Origin: Epiperipatus broadwayi
Taxonomy: Eukaryota; Animalia; Onychophora
DNA length: 64,000 nt
Assembly: GCA_028023455.1 (NCBI GenBank)
Contig: JAQFVV010000009.1
Location: forward strand, 124,001-188,000
Direction: 5' to 3'
Numbering within the stretch: position 1 is the stretch's first letter; every line of letters starts with the position of its first letter. Shown in pieces: positions 25,265 to 38,100 of the stretch. The position numbers and the translations under genes were made by a program. Under the pieces are notes generated by a model. That model made no database searches, was not told the origin of the DNA, and worked only from the letters and a program-made list of their open reading frames with translations.

Positions 25265-27880
25265 AAAAAATTTTTAAAATATGAGGCAAGTCACTGGATC
25301 TATTCAAATCCCACTTGGATTCTATTTGCTGGAGAATGAGTCAAACAAATCTGAGTGAGAGATTTATTCATAAAATTTCTTAAACATGCTAACATTGTAA
25401 ACTGACAGTAAAAAGGTTAGCGTTTATCTTATTTAAAAACCAATATCTCTTTTACATTTGAAATAATTTGCAAATTTTTCTTTAAATACTTCTCTTTTTA
25501 ATATTCTTTTTATTTTGTAGCGTATCTATTTCAATGTAGTGACTACCATATGGACCTCCCCTGGTACCCTTTACATTCAGTGATTTAATTAAAATTACTT
25601 GAATTTGTAATATTTTTAAGTAATAAAAATCTATAAATATTTTTTTACATTTCTGTGTTCATTTGTTGATGAAAAAAGTAAATTTGATGTTAATAGATAG
25701 AAAATTATATAGATAGTTATAGAGATTTGTTTAAATTTCAAGAGCCCATAAGGACTTCATGAAATCAAGTGTGAACTCTGCTGCTTTGATCCGATAGCCA
25801 CATCACAAGATCAAATGGGAACACTACTATCTTTTTCTTATCTCTATTTTTTTTACATAACTACATGTGAGAAAGGATGCACGCAACAATAGTCACTTTC
25901 TGGTAAAAAAAAAAAAATCCAAATTATTATTTTTAGTTTAGACAATTTCTCTTTTGGCAGCTGTATTTTAGATTATTCTAACTTATGCACATTCCTTGTT
26001 TGAGCTCTTTCAGCAGTTGTTATTATGTTTATTCAACATATGATTACAATTTTATTTTTTTATCTTTTAACTTTTTAATTTTTATTGCAATTTTATTTTA
26101 GCTTAATTTGAGCTTATGCAATTTTATTTTACCTTATGCACATTTTATGGACAATCTTTTGTTTGATCATGTGATTTTTTTTTTTTAGCTTAGTTTGAGC
26201 TTATGCAAATTTACTTTTTAATCTTTTAACTTTTATTTTTTAATTGTTATCTTTTAGTCATGTAACTTGATTAAGCTTTAGTTGTATAAAATTTGCATAT
26301 TTAGTTTTTAATTATTGATGGAAATTGCCATTGTCTTTGATTTACTTTTGAAAGCTCTTTTCATTATGCATCAGTTAAAAATAATATTTATAGATTGTTT
26401 TCAATTCTTAAGCTTATTCTTCCAAAGTGTTTTTAAGATCACATAATAGTGATATTAAATAATGAGATTTTGGATTATTGTTAAAATTTAAGAGTATTAT
26501 AGTCAAGCTTCCCATGTCAAATTTTTGGAATAGTTTCTGTACAAATAATGTTGGTAAATAATTTTATAAACAATGCTTTGGCTTTATGTTGTAAGGGCAT
26601 TAACTCTTGAAGCATGTCATCTACTCCAGGGATCATTCTTGCTTAAGGCAATCATTGGCAAATAAATACAAATAATGTATATAATAACATATTCTAAACA
26701 TATGTAAAATATGTAAAGTTAATAATACTGATTACAACTAAAGTAATTAAAAGTCAAACTATAAACAGTCTTTTGCCCACAGCATGCTGCATTTCACCAT
26801 GGATCAGAAGTGAAAATATGACACAAATAATTTTCATAACATTGTTTACTGAATAATTGATAGTCAAAAAATTGAGCAATCTAGCATATGAAAAACTGGT
26901 AATTAATCAAGTTTTTGTTCAAATTAATTTTGAACTGTTTTTATTTTTCAACTATGATCATTTTATTCCTAAAAATTTGTCAAATGTTGAGTTATTATTG
27001 CAATCATGCACATAATCAACTAATATCAAAGCAATGTATTTATGACATGGTTATTTTTAATTTTTCATATGTTAATACATATTGGATTAATTCTTTTCTG
27101 AAAAAATGAAGTGGGATTCTTCAATGTTTGAAACCATAATTACTGAAATAATCAAGTATGAAAACTATTATTTTCTTGTCAATCTTCAGCTTTATCTTTT
27201 ATATTCTTTTTCAGATGAATTGAATTCAAAAGTACTAAAAATGCAGTATTATAGAATACAGAGACTATTTAAATATTTTTCTTATGGCTGCATTTTTCTG
27301 ATTAAAAATAACAATCTTTTTTTATATATATTATCAAATATTTTAAATTTCTGATCTTAAATCTATTCACTGCCTACTCTTATTTTTATAGCTAATTTCC
27401 ACTAGTCCTTGTAAATATAATTTTAAATTATATAATTTACCACAACAAAGCTTTTTGTTTTAATACATGAACAATTAAAACCTATTATTTTATATTTATT
27501 CATGATCCACAAATCTAGATTAATAAAATCTACAGTGTTTGGTTTCATAATTATTTTATAATTTTATCATTGTTTATGTTCAACCATAAAATCTAAATAA
27601 ATAATCTTTTTTTATTACATGATAAATCTAATATACTATCTAATTTTTCATAAAATTCATTCACATATTCAGATTTATAACATTAGGAATTATAAATTTT
27701 CCCAGTCTATTGCTGCAAGTGATTTGATAATTATATTTGGGTTATATACAATCTCCAGTTTAATAAATGATTAGTGATAATCATTATTCTATTTATATGG
27801 AGTGGATTATGTCAAAAATGTGGGTGAAGTAATTTTGACATTTGAAAATCAGAATGTAACAATTTAGAATGAACACAGTA

Positions 27881-28414
27881 GCAACTTTCTCTGTACAATA
27901 TTTCCACCTAATGTAAGCCATAGTAATCAATGATTGTTAGAAAGTTAGGGCATCGAAATCTCTATCTATTGCCTACTCATCCAATATCCCCAGACTAGTT
28001 TTTAGCTTATGGCTTTCATCAGAGGAACCTTAGATCTGAGGGCAGTTCACCTAGATGATCTAATGCATTCATCAAAAAACAGCTACCTTTTTGTTTTTAG
28101 TTAACTATAAAGCTATTGGCCCAAACTGAAAACACATTTTCAATCCAAGCTAAATTCACTTATATAGTCTTACAGATCTGAATCCATAGCTTTATAGTTA
28201 ACTAAAAAAGTAAAAAATAGCTAGCTACAGAGGATGCATCAGATCGCAGTGTTCTCAGATCTGAGGTTCCTCAATGATGAAAGTCATAAGATAACAAGTA
28301 ATCTGAAGATAGTTGACAAGTAAGCACTAGATAGAGATTTTGATTCACTAATCTTCTAGCATCCATTAATTACTATGACTTGTACTAGATGCAATATGGT
28401 ATAGAGAGAGTTGC
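27881..28414. mobile_element. Palindromic MITE (possible TA target)
   Basis: Near full-length imperfect inverted repeat gcaactttctct...agagagagttgc with central ttagttaactataaagctat / atagctttatagttaactaa. Related copies at ~40290-40800 and ~49465-49545. Confidence 0.75.
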
Positions 28415-29221
28415 AGTTATGTTAACAGATTGTGTATGCATAAGAAATGATAATCATGTAATATTTATGTTTAGAATTATTTGAAATTGTTTAAATTGTA
28501 AAACAAGCAAACCATTTTTAAATGAATAAAATATAAATTTGTTCTAAAGTAAAACATTTATAATGTGCTTATTTACATATTGAACAGGTTTCACTGCGAC
28601 CATTTCTTCATCCAAAATATGTTCATGGTTGATATTACAATTCAAGAACTAACAAATGCGTGAACTTCTCTGTCCTCATTAACTATAAATGAAAATAGCA
28701 AGGAAAAAAGGCAATAAGACATGTCCTCACTGAATGTTCTGTAGAGTGTCAAATATGAGATAAGTATATCTTGAATGAGTGAACTGGCACAAGTTTACTT
28801 CTGGATATAATTTTCGATAAATTGACTGTTACATGATTTTTCCAATATTTTACATCAGAGGTCCTTTTGTTTTACACACTGGAGTACTTAACTAATAATA
28901 ACAACCAACTATGTATTTTTTTTATTGGTATTTTAGAAATAACAGTGTGTTTTTCTCATAGAAAATTGTTTGATTGATGAGTTATATATAAAACTTTATT
29001 TATTTTTTAAGCAAAACACTAATAACAAGTAATGACAAAGATTTCTGAATAGTCAAACTATCAATATGTTATCTAGATTTTTTTTAAATATTTATCAATC
29101 GGTTTCATTTATGCTATATAGTTAATATTCCACTATACATTAAAAAAAAATCTTTACTACTCTATTTCATTATTTTTTTCATTCTTATTAATATTAAAAA
29201 AAAATATAGTAAAAATATTAC

Positions 29222-29347
29222 ATTAGCATCTACGTAATCCTTGAGGCGATGTAAATCATCCAAAGCAGTTTCCCAATTCTGCAATAAAATTTCAGTAGCT
29301 AATTTACCCCACATGGCACTTGGAGTATTTTTATCACTGGCAGGAAT
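29222..29347 (-). CDS. eIF3e: eIF3 subunit E coding exon (126 nt; equivalent to human exon 6)
   Basis: tttgtttcag|...|gtaata boundaries. Encodes IPASDKNTPSAMWGKLATEILLQNWETALDDLHRLKDYVDAN, which resembles human [42 protein letters not shown]. Lies within track ORF 29162..29356. Confidence 0.97.
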
Positions 29348-30884
29348 CTGAAACAAAATTAAATAAATGTCTAACTAATGCTAAATATATTTTATGTTAA
29401 CAAAGCACAAGCTTCATTTCAGCTTTTAATTTTTGTTTAATATATATATATATATGCTTGTATGATGTATGTGCACACATTAGCAGGTCTATGTTTATTA
29501 TGTTGGTCAAGATTATTGTTAGTTGTAAAAAAATAAAAAATATGTACATTGTAACTAAAATCATTATCAATCTGTAAAAAAAATTATAGTACAGGACTAA
29601 TACTTAATCTGTAAAACATGTATCAATCATTAATTAGTTTGTTTTTATTAATTAAAAACTTTTAAGAAAATCATTCCTGATTTTAACATTCTGTTATCTA
29701 TAAACCCCCCCCCCCAGCTTGGCTAATTAAAAATTCTTGGAAAATATGGGGCAATCAATTAAATTTAGTACTTTAAAAAGACCAGCTGAGAATTATATTT
29801 CATTTTAATCTGTTCTGTTCTACATTCTATTCAGCTGGGATTCTGCTTTTATTCGTGATCATCATCTTGCCTGCTTAACATATGGTATCCAGAACTTCTA
29901 CCAGTGGCCATGTTAAAAATTATGAGCAGTTAAAAGTACCAGGAAACAAGATCCACTCTCCAGTATGTAGATATAGACATCAAATGTTTAACTTTGCTTG
30001 CTGAGTAGCCAACAACCTTTAACTAGGCCGTACAATTAAATACACTCCTCAACATAATAGAAGCAATCTTAGGACAAACTTATACCAGATCAATGAAACC
30101 AGCAAAAGAAGACACAGAAATTCCTATCAACATTTGCATGTACATATATTTATCTAATTTAATTTTTTTGGAAAACAGTATCCCTTTACCAACTCCCCTC
30201 TGGACTTAAGGTAAACTTTTCTCATGAAATGTTTTATTAATACATTGTTAGTAAGTCAGTGAAATATAGGTTAAAGGTTTTGAATTTACATTCATACCAT
30301 TGCCTGTCTTATTATTAATAACATTTCTATATTTTACCCAGAACATGTTTCTGATGTAGCTGATAATTTGAATCTGGTTTTAAAGTTTAATATTTTGATT
30401 TTCTATGCAAATTTTTTTTTTTTTTGAGAGAGAAAATTAAAATCAACTTTTTTGTTTCCTTCATAAGGTTGAGATAGCATTATTTAAAAGAAAATCATTT
30501 CCCCGATTGTTGCTAATTGCAATCCATGCTGCTTTTAGTAAGAAATTTTAAATTTGAATGAAAAAAATAAAAATTTTAATTAAAAGAAATAGGTTTGATT
30601 TTATAATTTTAATTGATGTGCACATAATTTTTATAAATCATTAGGCTGTTTAAATTGTTGGCAGTTTTCTTCTTTACTCTGTCACACACATCTGAAAGTA
30701 AAATAATAGATATGCACATGTGTGCATTGTACAGAGTGATCCTAGATCTTTATTTATCTTAATATAAACTGAGCATTGATTATATGTGTGAGAGATGATA
30801 GTCTGGACCAACTGATGAGTGCTGGTTTAGTATGGTGATTATTAATCTTTTCTACATGTGTGTGGTCATATGTATCAGTTGAAT

Positions 30885-31223
30885 GAGACAGTGTGGATAG
30901 TTGAAGGGTGCTTGAAAATCTGAGTTCAAATCCTCTATACTTATATAAACATAGGAATTTATTATTATATGTTGTGACCCCATGATTTTTATTCTGATTT
31001 TTTTTTTTTCATTGAGTAAAGTGTCCTTCCTTATTTGCTTTTTAACATAAGTTAATAGGTCTAATTGTTGTCCCTCCTCATTTGTTTTTGCTCTATGATT
31101 GGATCCAATACACCGCTTATAGGCTTAGTTTTGTAATAGCCTATGTGTGTGTGACCATATATAATAAAGATCGCTCAAATATTCATTGGTTGTTTATGCT
31201 AACACGAATGATATGTGTGTACA
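30885..31223 (+). mobile_element. Possible tRNA-derived SINE-like remnant
   Basis: A-box-like tgtggatagttg is followed ~30 nt later by B-box-like gagttcaaatcc. No cloverleaf or TSD. Confidence 0.25.
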
Positions 31224-31302
31224 TCTGAATAAATTGTAATGTCTTTGTAAATTTCAGGATTAAGCATAAAATTTAGGATAATTGTAATATTTAAAGTACC
31301 AG

Positions 31303-31623
31303 CTATCAGATACACTACATACTTATTCAAAAGAATTAATTAATAGTCAATCACTGTCCTATTTGAAATAACTAGTATTTAAACTGTATCACTGAATTGT
31401 AGACTATGTTACTAAATTATTAATAAATATTGTTTTGTTAATTGTTATTATACCAAGAATCTCTGCTCTCCATTATCTAGAGGCAGTTTTAGATATATGA
31501 GTGATGATACAACTGTGGTAGGCACTTGTGCTTGGTATCCTCATCAGTAAATTACAAATTTTCTAGATTAGAGGTCTAGTGGCGCCCTCTGTTTATGAAT
31601 ATTAGGTATTGGCTGTCTGATAC
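31303..31623. mobile_element. Possible short solo LTR
   Basis: tatcaga...tctgataca inverted ends. Shares aaattttctag and ctagtggc(g/a)ccctc with the 3' end of the 7562-9549 solo LTR. No TSD. Confidence 0.35.
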
Positions 31624-33069
31624 AGTATATATCACTCAATTAATAAAATTGAAAGACTAATTACTTTTAAATATTTTTCTGTAAAACAATCCACCTTAAA
31701 GCAGCTTCATTTCACAAATATTTAAACAGTTTAGCCTAGGATAAGATGTAGTCAAATGCTAGAAAGATAAAAATTATCAGCCAAGCCTGATCAAATGAAT
31801 GAAATTGTTGTTTGGTCTGCCATGCTGGTATTCCAAATGTTCTTTGATCATATAAAAGTATTTATGTGTTTATTATCAAGAGAAATTTTTATTTGCAAAT
31901 TATAATGATTTTTGTACTCAAGAACTATTAATTCACTATTTAAAAATTAAGTCATTGTTAAATGCCTGCACAGTTTGGTGCAGTTTTAGAAGGGTAGACT
32001 ATGTGATTCAATGTTCATGAATTATAAGCCCAATTCTGCCATTTTCAGTGCTTGAATTTCTTGTGAACTGTCAAACAATAAACCATTTGATGTTTTATAT
32101 TATTAAATGTAAAACATATTTTTAAACATATTTTATTTGAAAATATATATTGTGAACATATAGAAAAAAAAAAAGATGAAAAATATATTAGAATAAATAA
32201 AATGATAAACATTTTGAACTGAAAAATAATATCTAAATCATTAAGAATATAAATCTACCAAAAAAAAATCAGTTAATATATATATTCATTGATATTAAGA
32301 ATCTTAAGGGATAAAATAAAGCTTCTATTGCTCCTTCTATCACTTGAAATCTTTGTATCTCTTTAAATTTCATATTTTTTTATTTTCCAGCTTGCAATAA
32401 TTAAAATTATTAAACCTAACTAGATAATGATTTTTATTTTATAAATGATTAATTAAGCATTGTTAGTGAATCATAAAATAAATAAATAAATATGAAAAAT
32501 ATAATGCAATATATGTTATCCTGTATAAGATATCTCTCTTTGTTCTTGCAATCCTGTATGATGTTGTAAATAGACGCTTATGTGAAGATTTTTTTTTTTG
32601 TCAACTTTAAGAACTATTTATTTCCAGATTACATATTAAAAAGTCGTATATCCCAGATAGTTGCATCCAAATCATTTAGCAGATCTTCCTTTTAAATAGT
32701 ATATAATCATAGAAAATACATTCAAAATTATGAAAAAAGTTTTCAGAACATTTCCACTCTTATAATTAAATAATCTTATCGTAAATTGACATGAACTGAA
32801 AAGAATTATTGTAAGTTGATATGGAAATTTAAATTATTTAATGTATATTTTTATTTTAAAAACAGTTTTAATACCCCTTTAAAAAGTTTGAAAAGGAGTA
32901 TGCTAATACAATGGCTATTTATTTAATATTTTAGTTTACCAAAATAGATAAATCATTGGAAGATATAAAACTAACATAATAGATATTATTGCAAAAATAA
33001 TGAATGAAAAAATAATATCTCTAAATCATCACATGATCACCATTTCTTATGCTTACGCAAGCTGTTAAA

Positions 33070-35158
33070 ACAGTGATGTGATGTGATGACAACTTTATTG
33101 AAGTCAGGAATCTCTGTCACTATGCCCAGAAAAACCTATTAGCCACCTGACTTTCCCTTCCCATTCTCCGTCCTAAGTTTTTCCTATATTTTTCTATATC
33201 CTGCTCCATCCCATTTCCACACCATCTTTGTCCATTCCATGGTCTTGATATCTAGATCCCCCAAAAACCAAGAACTCACTTTCTGTATAATCACTTAGTT
33301 TATATTTATTCTCCCACAACTTCATTATTTGTATCCTTTCTGCTAGTAAGCATTCACATTCAATTAGCACATGCCTACTAAATTATCCACATTTCTCAAT
33401 TTATGTATATATTCCCCTGTTGGTAACGATCCTGTTCACGCCTTAAACAATAGATTACTTTCCTTGCTATTATTGTAAATTAACTCACATCCAATATTCT
33501 GTTTACTTCTATATGAATCTTTTTTACTCTCCATATTAGTTCTCCAATTTGTCAGCTCCTTATTTTTTATTAATGCATCTAGTCTGCTATCTGATTCTTT
33601 GCCATTATAAGACTCAACAATCCTCCTAACACAAATATCTCATCTTTTGTACAAGTATAAAAGTTTCCATCCAAATCTGCATATTGTACTACCTTTCTCA
33701 CCCACCTTGTTGCCTGTCCTTTACTTGTAACCCAATTAAATACTATTTTGGCTACTCTCTTACTATCCATAAATTGCAATCTACCGAACATTTTCATTTT
33801 GTTTTTTGCATCTCTTATATAAAAACTTGACCAACCCATTTCTCTAGGAATTGCCTCCTTGCCGTTCACACATCTGCATCTAATGAATGTCTTTGTATTT
33901 TATCTAGAGTAATCTAACATTCCTAAGTTAACCCTACTACTGCCATTCCCATATAATTCTTGCAACATCATACTTATCATATGAAAACACTGTTAATTTC
34001 TTTATCAATCCCTCTCTTTTCTTTGCTTCATTTATCAATTTTTTCTCCCGATCATCCAAGCAATTCCTCTCATTACTTAAGACGATTCCCAAAAATTTAT
34101 ACCATTTTAAATTTGTATCCCTCCAAAAAAATTCTCTTTGCATTTATCATTATTATTTTATTTTTTTCATTAAATTTGATCCCCATCTCTTTACCCATCC
34201 TTGTGCAAGTCTTCAGTACAACTTGAACATCTTCCCTACTTCTGTGTTCAAGAAAATATCAGCAAATAAAAACCTGATAATGTATATATTTCCTTGCCAT
34301 CTATTAATGGTATCTCTACCACTTTTCCTAGTTTTTCTATTGCCCTCTCCATTTCTCTCAAATATAACAAAAACATGCATCCTTGCCTTAGTCTCACCCC
34401 ATTTTTAATTCTTGATTCTATATTTCCTAATTGACATGTATAGTAATTATTTTCATACAATCTCTTAATAATATCCACTAAAACTCCATTCATTCCCAAA
34501 TTTACTAAACTTGCCCATAATCAATTTCTACTTACTCTATCATATGCCTTCTCTATGTCTATAAAGACCACATATAACTACCCACCTGTATTACCACTCA
34601 CATCAGTAACTGTTGTGATTACAAATAAACGATTTCCTATATGTCTATTCTTTCTAAAACCTTTTTGCATTTCTTCCACTGTATTATTTTTCTTCCATAG
34701 ATTTTGCCACCCTTCCAATCATCATATATGCAAAAACTTATATACACTGATGCTAGGGCTATTGGTCTATAACTGTTTATCTTTCTATGGTCCTATCCTT
34801 TAAATAAAAGCCTCACACGTGTATTATTCCAGCTATCTAGAAATTCTGTCGGCTATGCCATCTTATTAAAACATGATTTAATTTTGCCTTATTTCCCTAA
34901 TTCATCACCATCTCTGCTGCCCATCCATCTAAACCTCTTGTTTTTCCACTTTGCAACTTCTTCCCTGCCTCATTCAATTCATTTTCTGTAAAACTAATAT
35001 TTCTATTACTATGTGCTTTTATATTTGTTATAACTCTGTCATTCATATCTAACATCTTTTCTATATCCATTAGAAACTTATTGAAGATTTTGTCTCTAAT
35101 TCTTCTCTAGAGTTATACTCTTTCTCCTCACCATTTAGTAAGATTATTTCTCTCTCCC
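33070..35158 (-). mobile_element. 5'-truncated LINE, same family as 35161-39900
   Basis: RT remnants (NGVRLRQGCMF, YKFLGIVL, WGKEAIPREMGWSSF-like, GQATRWVRKV) and a (catca)n tail near 33070; colinear with the adjacent copy. Confidence 0.85.
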
Positions 35159-35160
35159 AT

Positions 35161-38100
35161 AGTGTGATGCAATGCACTACGGCTTACCATTATCAGAATG
35201 AGGAATCTCTCAGCCACTATGTCCAGAGAAACCTGTTAGCCACCGTACTTTCACTTTCCATTCCCCACCCTTAAATTTTTCCCATATTCTTCTCTATTCT
35301 GCTCCATCCCATTTCCACAAAATCATCTTTGTCCATTCCATGGTCTTGATATCTAGATCCACTTTATCTTTTTCCAAACCCAGCATAAAAACCAAGGACC
35401 CACTTTTTGTATAATCATTTAGTTTTATATTTATTCTCTTACAACTTCATTATTAGTACCCTTTCTGCTTGTAAGCATTTACATTCAATTAACAAATGCC
35501 TAATATTTTCCATGCCTTCCTTACGTAACTTGCAGACTAAATCTCCCACATTCCTCCATTTATGTGTATATTCCCTTATTGCTAACTCCTGTTCAAGCCT
35601 TAAACAGAAAACTACTTCCCTTGCTATTATCATAAATTAACACACATCCAATACTCTGTTTACTTCTATATATATTTAAACTCTTTTTCCTCCCCATACT
35701 AGTTCTCTTTTTCTCCAACTGCCTATTTTTTATAAACGCATCTATTCTATCGCATTCTTTGCCACTATGACACTCAACAATTCATTCCCCATCCCTTTTG
35801 TATAAGTATACTGACATAAATTCTTTATCCAAACCTTCTGCATACTGTACTACCTTTCTCACCCATCTTGTTGCCTGTCCTTTACTCGTAACTCAATTAA
35901 ATACTATTTTGGCTATTCTCTTACTATCCATAAATTTGCAATCTACCGAAAATTTTCATTTTGCTTTTTGCATCTCTCATATAAAAACTTGCCCATCCCA
36001 TTTCTCCTTGAATTGCCTCCTTTACCATCCACACATCTGCATCTCTTTTTTAATATCTAACACCTCTCTTACTAACACATAACACATCATTACCATAAGT
36101 TAACCCTGCTACTGCCATTCCCTTCCATACAATTCTTGCTACATCATATTTATTATATGAAAACATTGTTAATTTCTTTATCAGTCCCTTTCTTTTCTTT
36201 ACTTCATTTATCAAGTTTTTCTCCCATTCATCCAAGCAATTTCTCTGATTATTTAAGAAAATTCCCAAATAGTTAGACCTATTCACCACATTTAACTTTA
36301 TATTTCCCAATAAAAATTCTTTCTCTTCTCTTTCCCCAGCATTTATCATCATTACTTTTGATTTTTCTTCACTAAATTTAATCCCCATCTCTCTACCCAC
36401 ATTTGTGCATGACTTCAGTATAACTTCCATATCCTCCCTACTTTCTGTGCACAAGAAGATATCAGCAAATAAAAGACCTGATAATATATACACTCCCTTG
36501 CCATATAGTAACAGTATCTCTACCCTCTTCCCAGTCTTTCTCTTGCATTCTCCATTTCTCTCAAATATAACAAAAACAAAATAGGTGACATGGGGCATCC
36601 TTACCTTAATTCCCACCCTATCTTATTCTATATTTCTTGATTGATATGTATAGTAATTATTTTCATAAATCTCTTAATAAGATCCACTAAAGCTCAATTA
36701 ATTCTCAAATTTACTAAACTTCCCCATAATCCATTTCTATTTATTCTATTATATGCCTTCTCTTTATCTATAAAGACCATATATAACTGTTTACCTGTAT
36801 TCCTACTCATATCTATAAGTTGTGTGACTACAAATAAACTATCTCCTATATGCCTATCTGATCTAAAACCTCATTGCATTTCTCCCACTATATTATTTTC
36901 TTCCATCGATTTTGCCACCCTTCCAGCCACCATATATGCAAAAACTTTATATAACACTGATGTTACCACTATCGGTCTATAATTGTTTAACTTTCTATGA
37001 TCCTTACCCTTTCCTTTAAATAATAGTCTTACTCTTGTATTATTCCAGCTATCTAAAAATTCTGTCTTCTGTGCCATCTTATTAAAACATGATAATAGAT
37101 TTAATTTTGCCCTATTTCCCAAATTCATCACTCATCTCTGCTGCCCAACCATCTAAACCTCTTGCCTTTCCATTTTTCAATTTCTTTCCTGCCTCATTCA
37201 ATTCATTTTCTGTAAAACTAATATTTCTATTACTATATGCTTTTATGTTTGTTATCACACTGTTCTTCACATCTAACATCTTTTCTATATCCATTATATA
37301 TATTTAAGATTGTCTCTAATTCTTTTCTAGAGCTACTCTCTTTTTCCTCATTATTTAGTAATATTATTTCTCTCTCCCTTACATTCCTTCTTTTAATATA
37401 TTTCCAAAAATTTTTACTCCCATCTCTTCCATTTTTATTAATATCCTCCAATAATTTACTATTTATTATTTTTATTCTCTCTCTATAATTAACTACTTTA
37501 GGCAACTATTTTAAAAATAGTTTTCCCATTTAATATTAACATCTTTTTCACTTTCTTTGTTTTTAATAGCACATTTATATTCTCTGCATGCTTTTTTCCT
37601 TTCTTTTACACTTTTCCTAATTTTCACTTTTCTATTACTTTTATTCTTCTGAATATTCTCACCTAACACCCTATTTGCCACTTTTTCTATTTCATCACAC
37701 CAGTCCTTATATTCATCCCCAACAAACACTTCCATGATTTCTTCTACTTTTATTTTATATTTTTCTAACTTATTCATATCACTCCCTCTCTGTCCACTTC
37801 TTTCACTATCCTTTCTACTTTTATTACTATTTTCCATCACATTACTAACCATTTCTATTATAAAGAAATTATGATCACTATTACATATTCTCTCTTCATT
37901 ATCAAACATTTTAATTTTCCATTATTTTATTCATTCCCTCTTTCTCTACTAATACATAATCTATTGTGTGAAATATATTATTTCTAGACCATGTGTATTG
38001 TCCCTCATAAATATTTGATAAATTTCCAATGCTCAAATTCACTCTCTGACAAAAATTGTTCAAAAGCTGTCCATTCTTGTTATCCATATCATCAATTTCT

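Larger units (their letters stand above)
22418..25395 (+). pseudogene. Merlin (IS1595/ISXO2-like DDE) transposase remnant, split by a MITE
   Basis: N-terminal AVNFLRQHNLL...CTKC...CRC; NGFREVCS; FWVF; LIPIIERECTDSSVIHSDKRPAY; QSIERLQLEAKVK. After the MITE it continues SLDLFKSHLDSICWRM (~25274-25390). Confidence 0.85.
20835..26332 (+). mobile_element. DNA transposon with very long, internally repetitive inverted arms, carrying a Merlin-type transposase
   Basis: ~20835-21815 is the reverse complement of ~25745-26332. The left arm has about three ~400-bp related units (to ~22240). No TSD was found, so the true termini are uncertain. Confidence 0.7.

Noticed and set aside
26915-27354. AT-rich ORFs rich in F/I/L/N/Y (also 9985, 46007, 61790, 63209 and similar)
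   Set aside because: Compositional artefacts of low-GC DNA or antisense frames of TEs; no homology signal.
30728-31223. tgtaca...tgtaca segment with aataaa as a solo LTR
   Set aside because: The flanks do not form a TSD, and a SINE-like reading is equally plausible.
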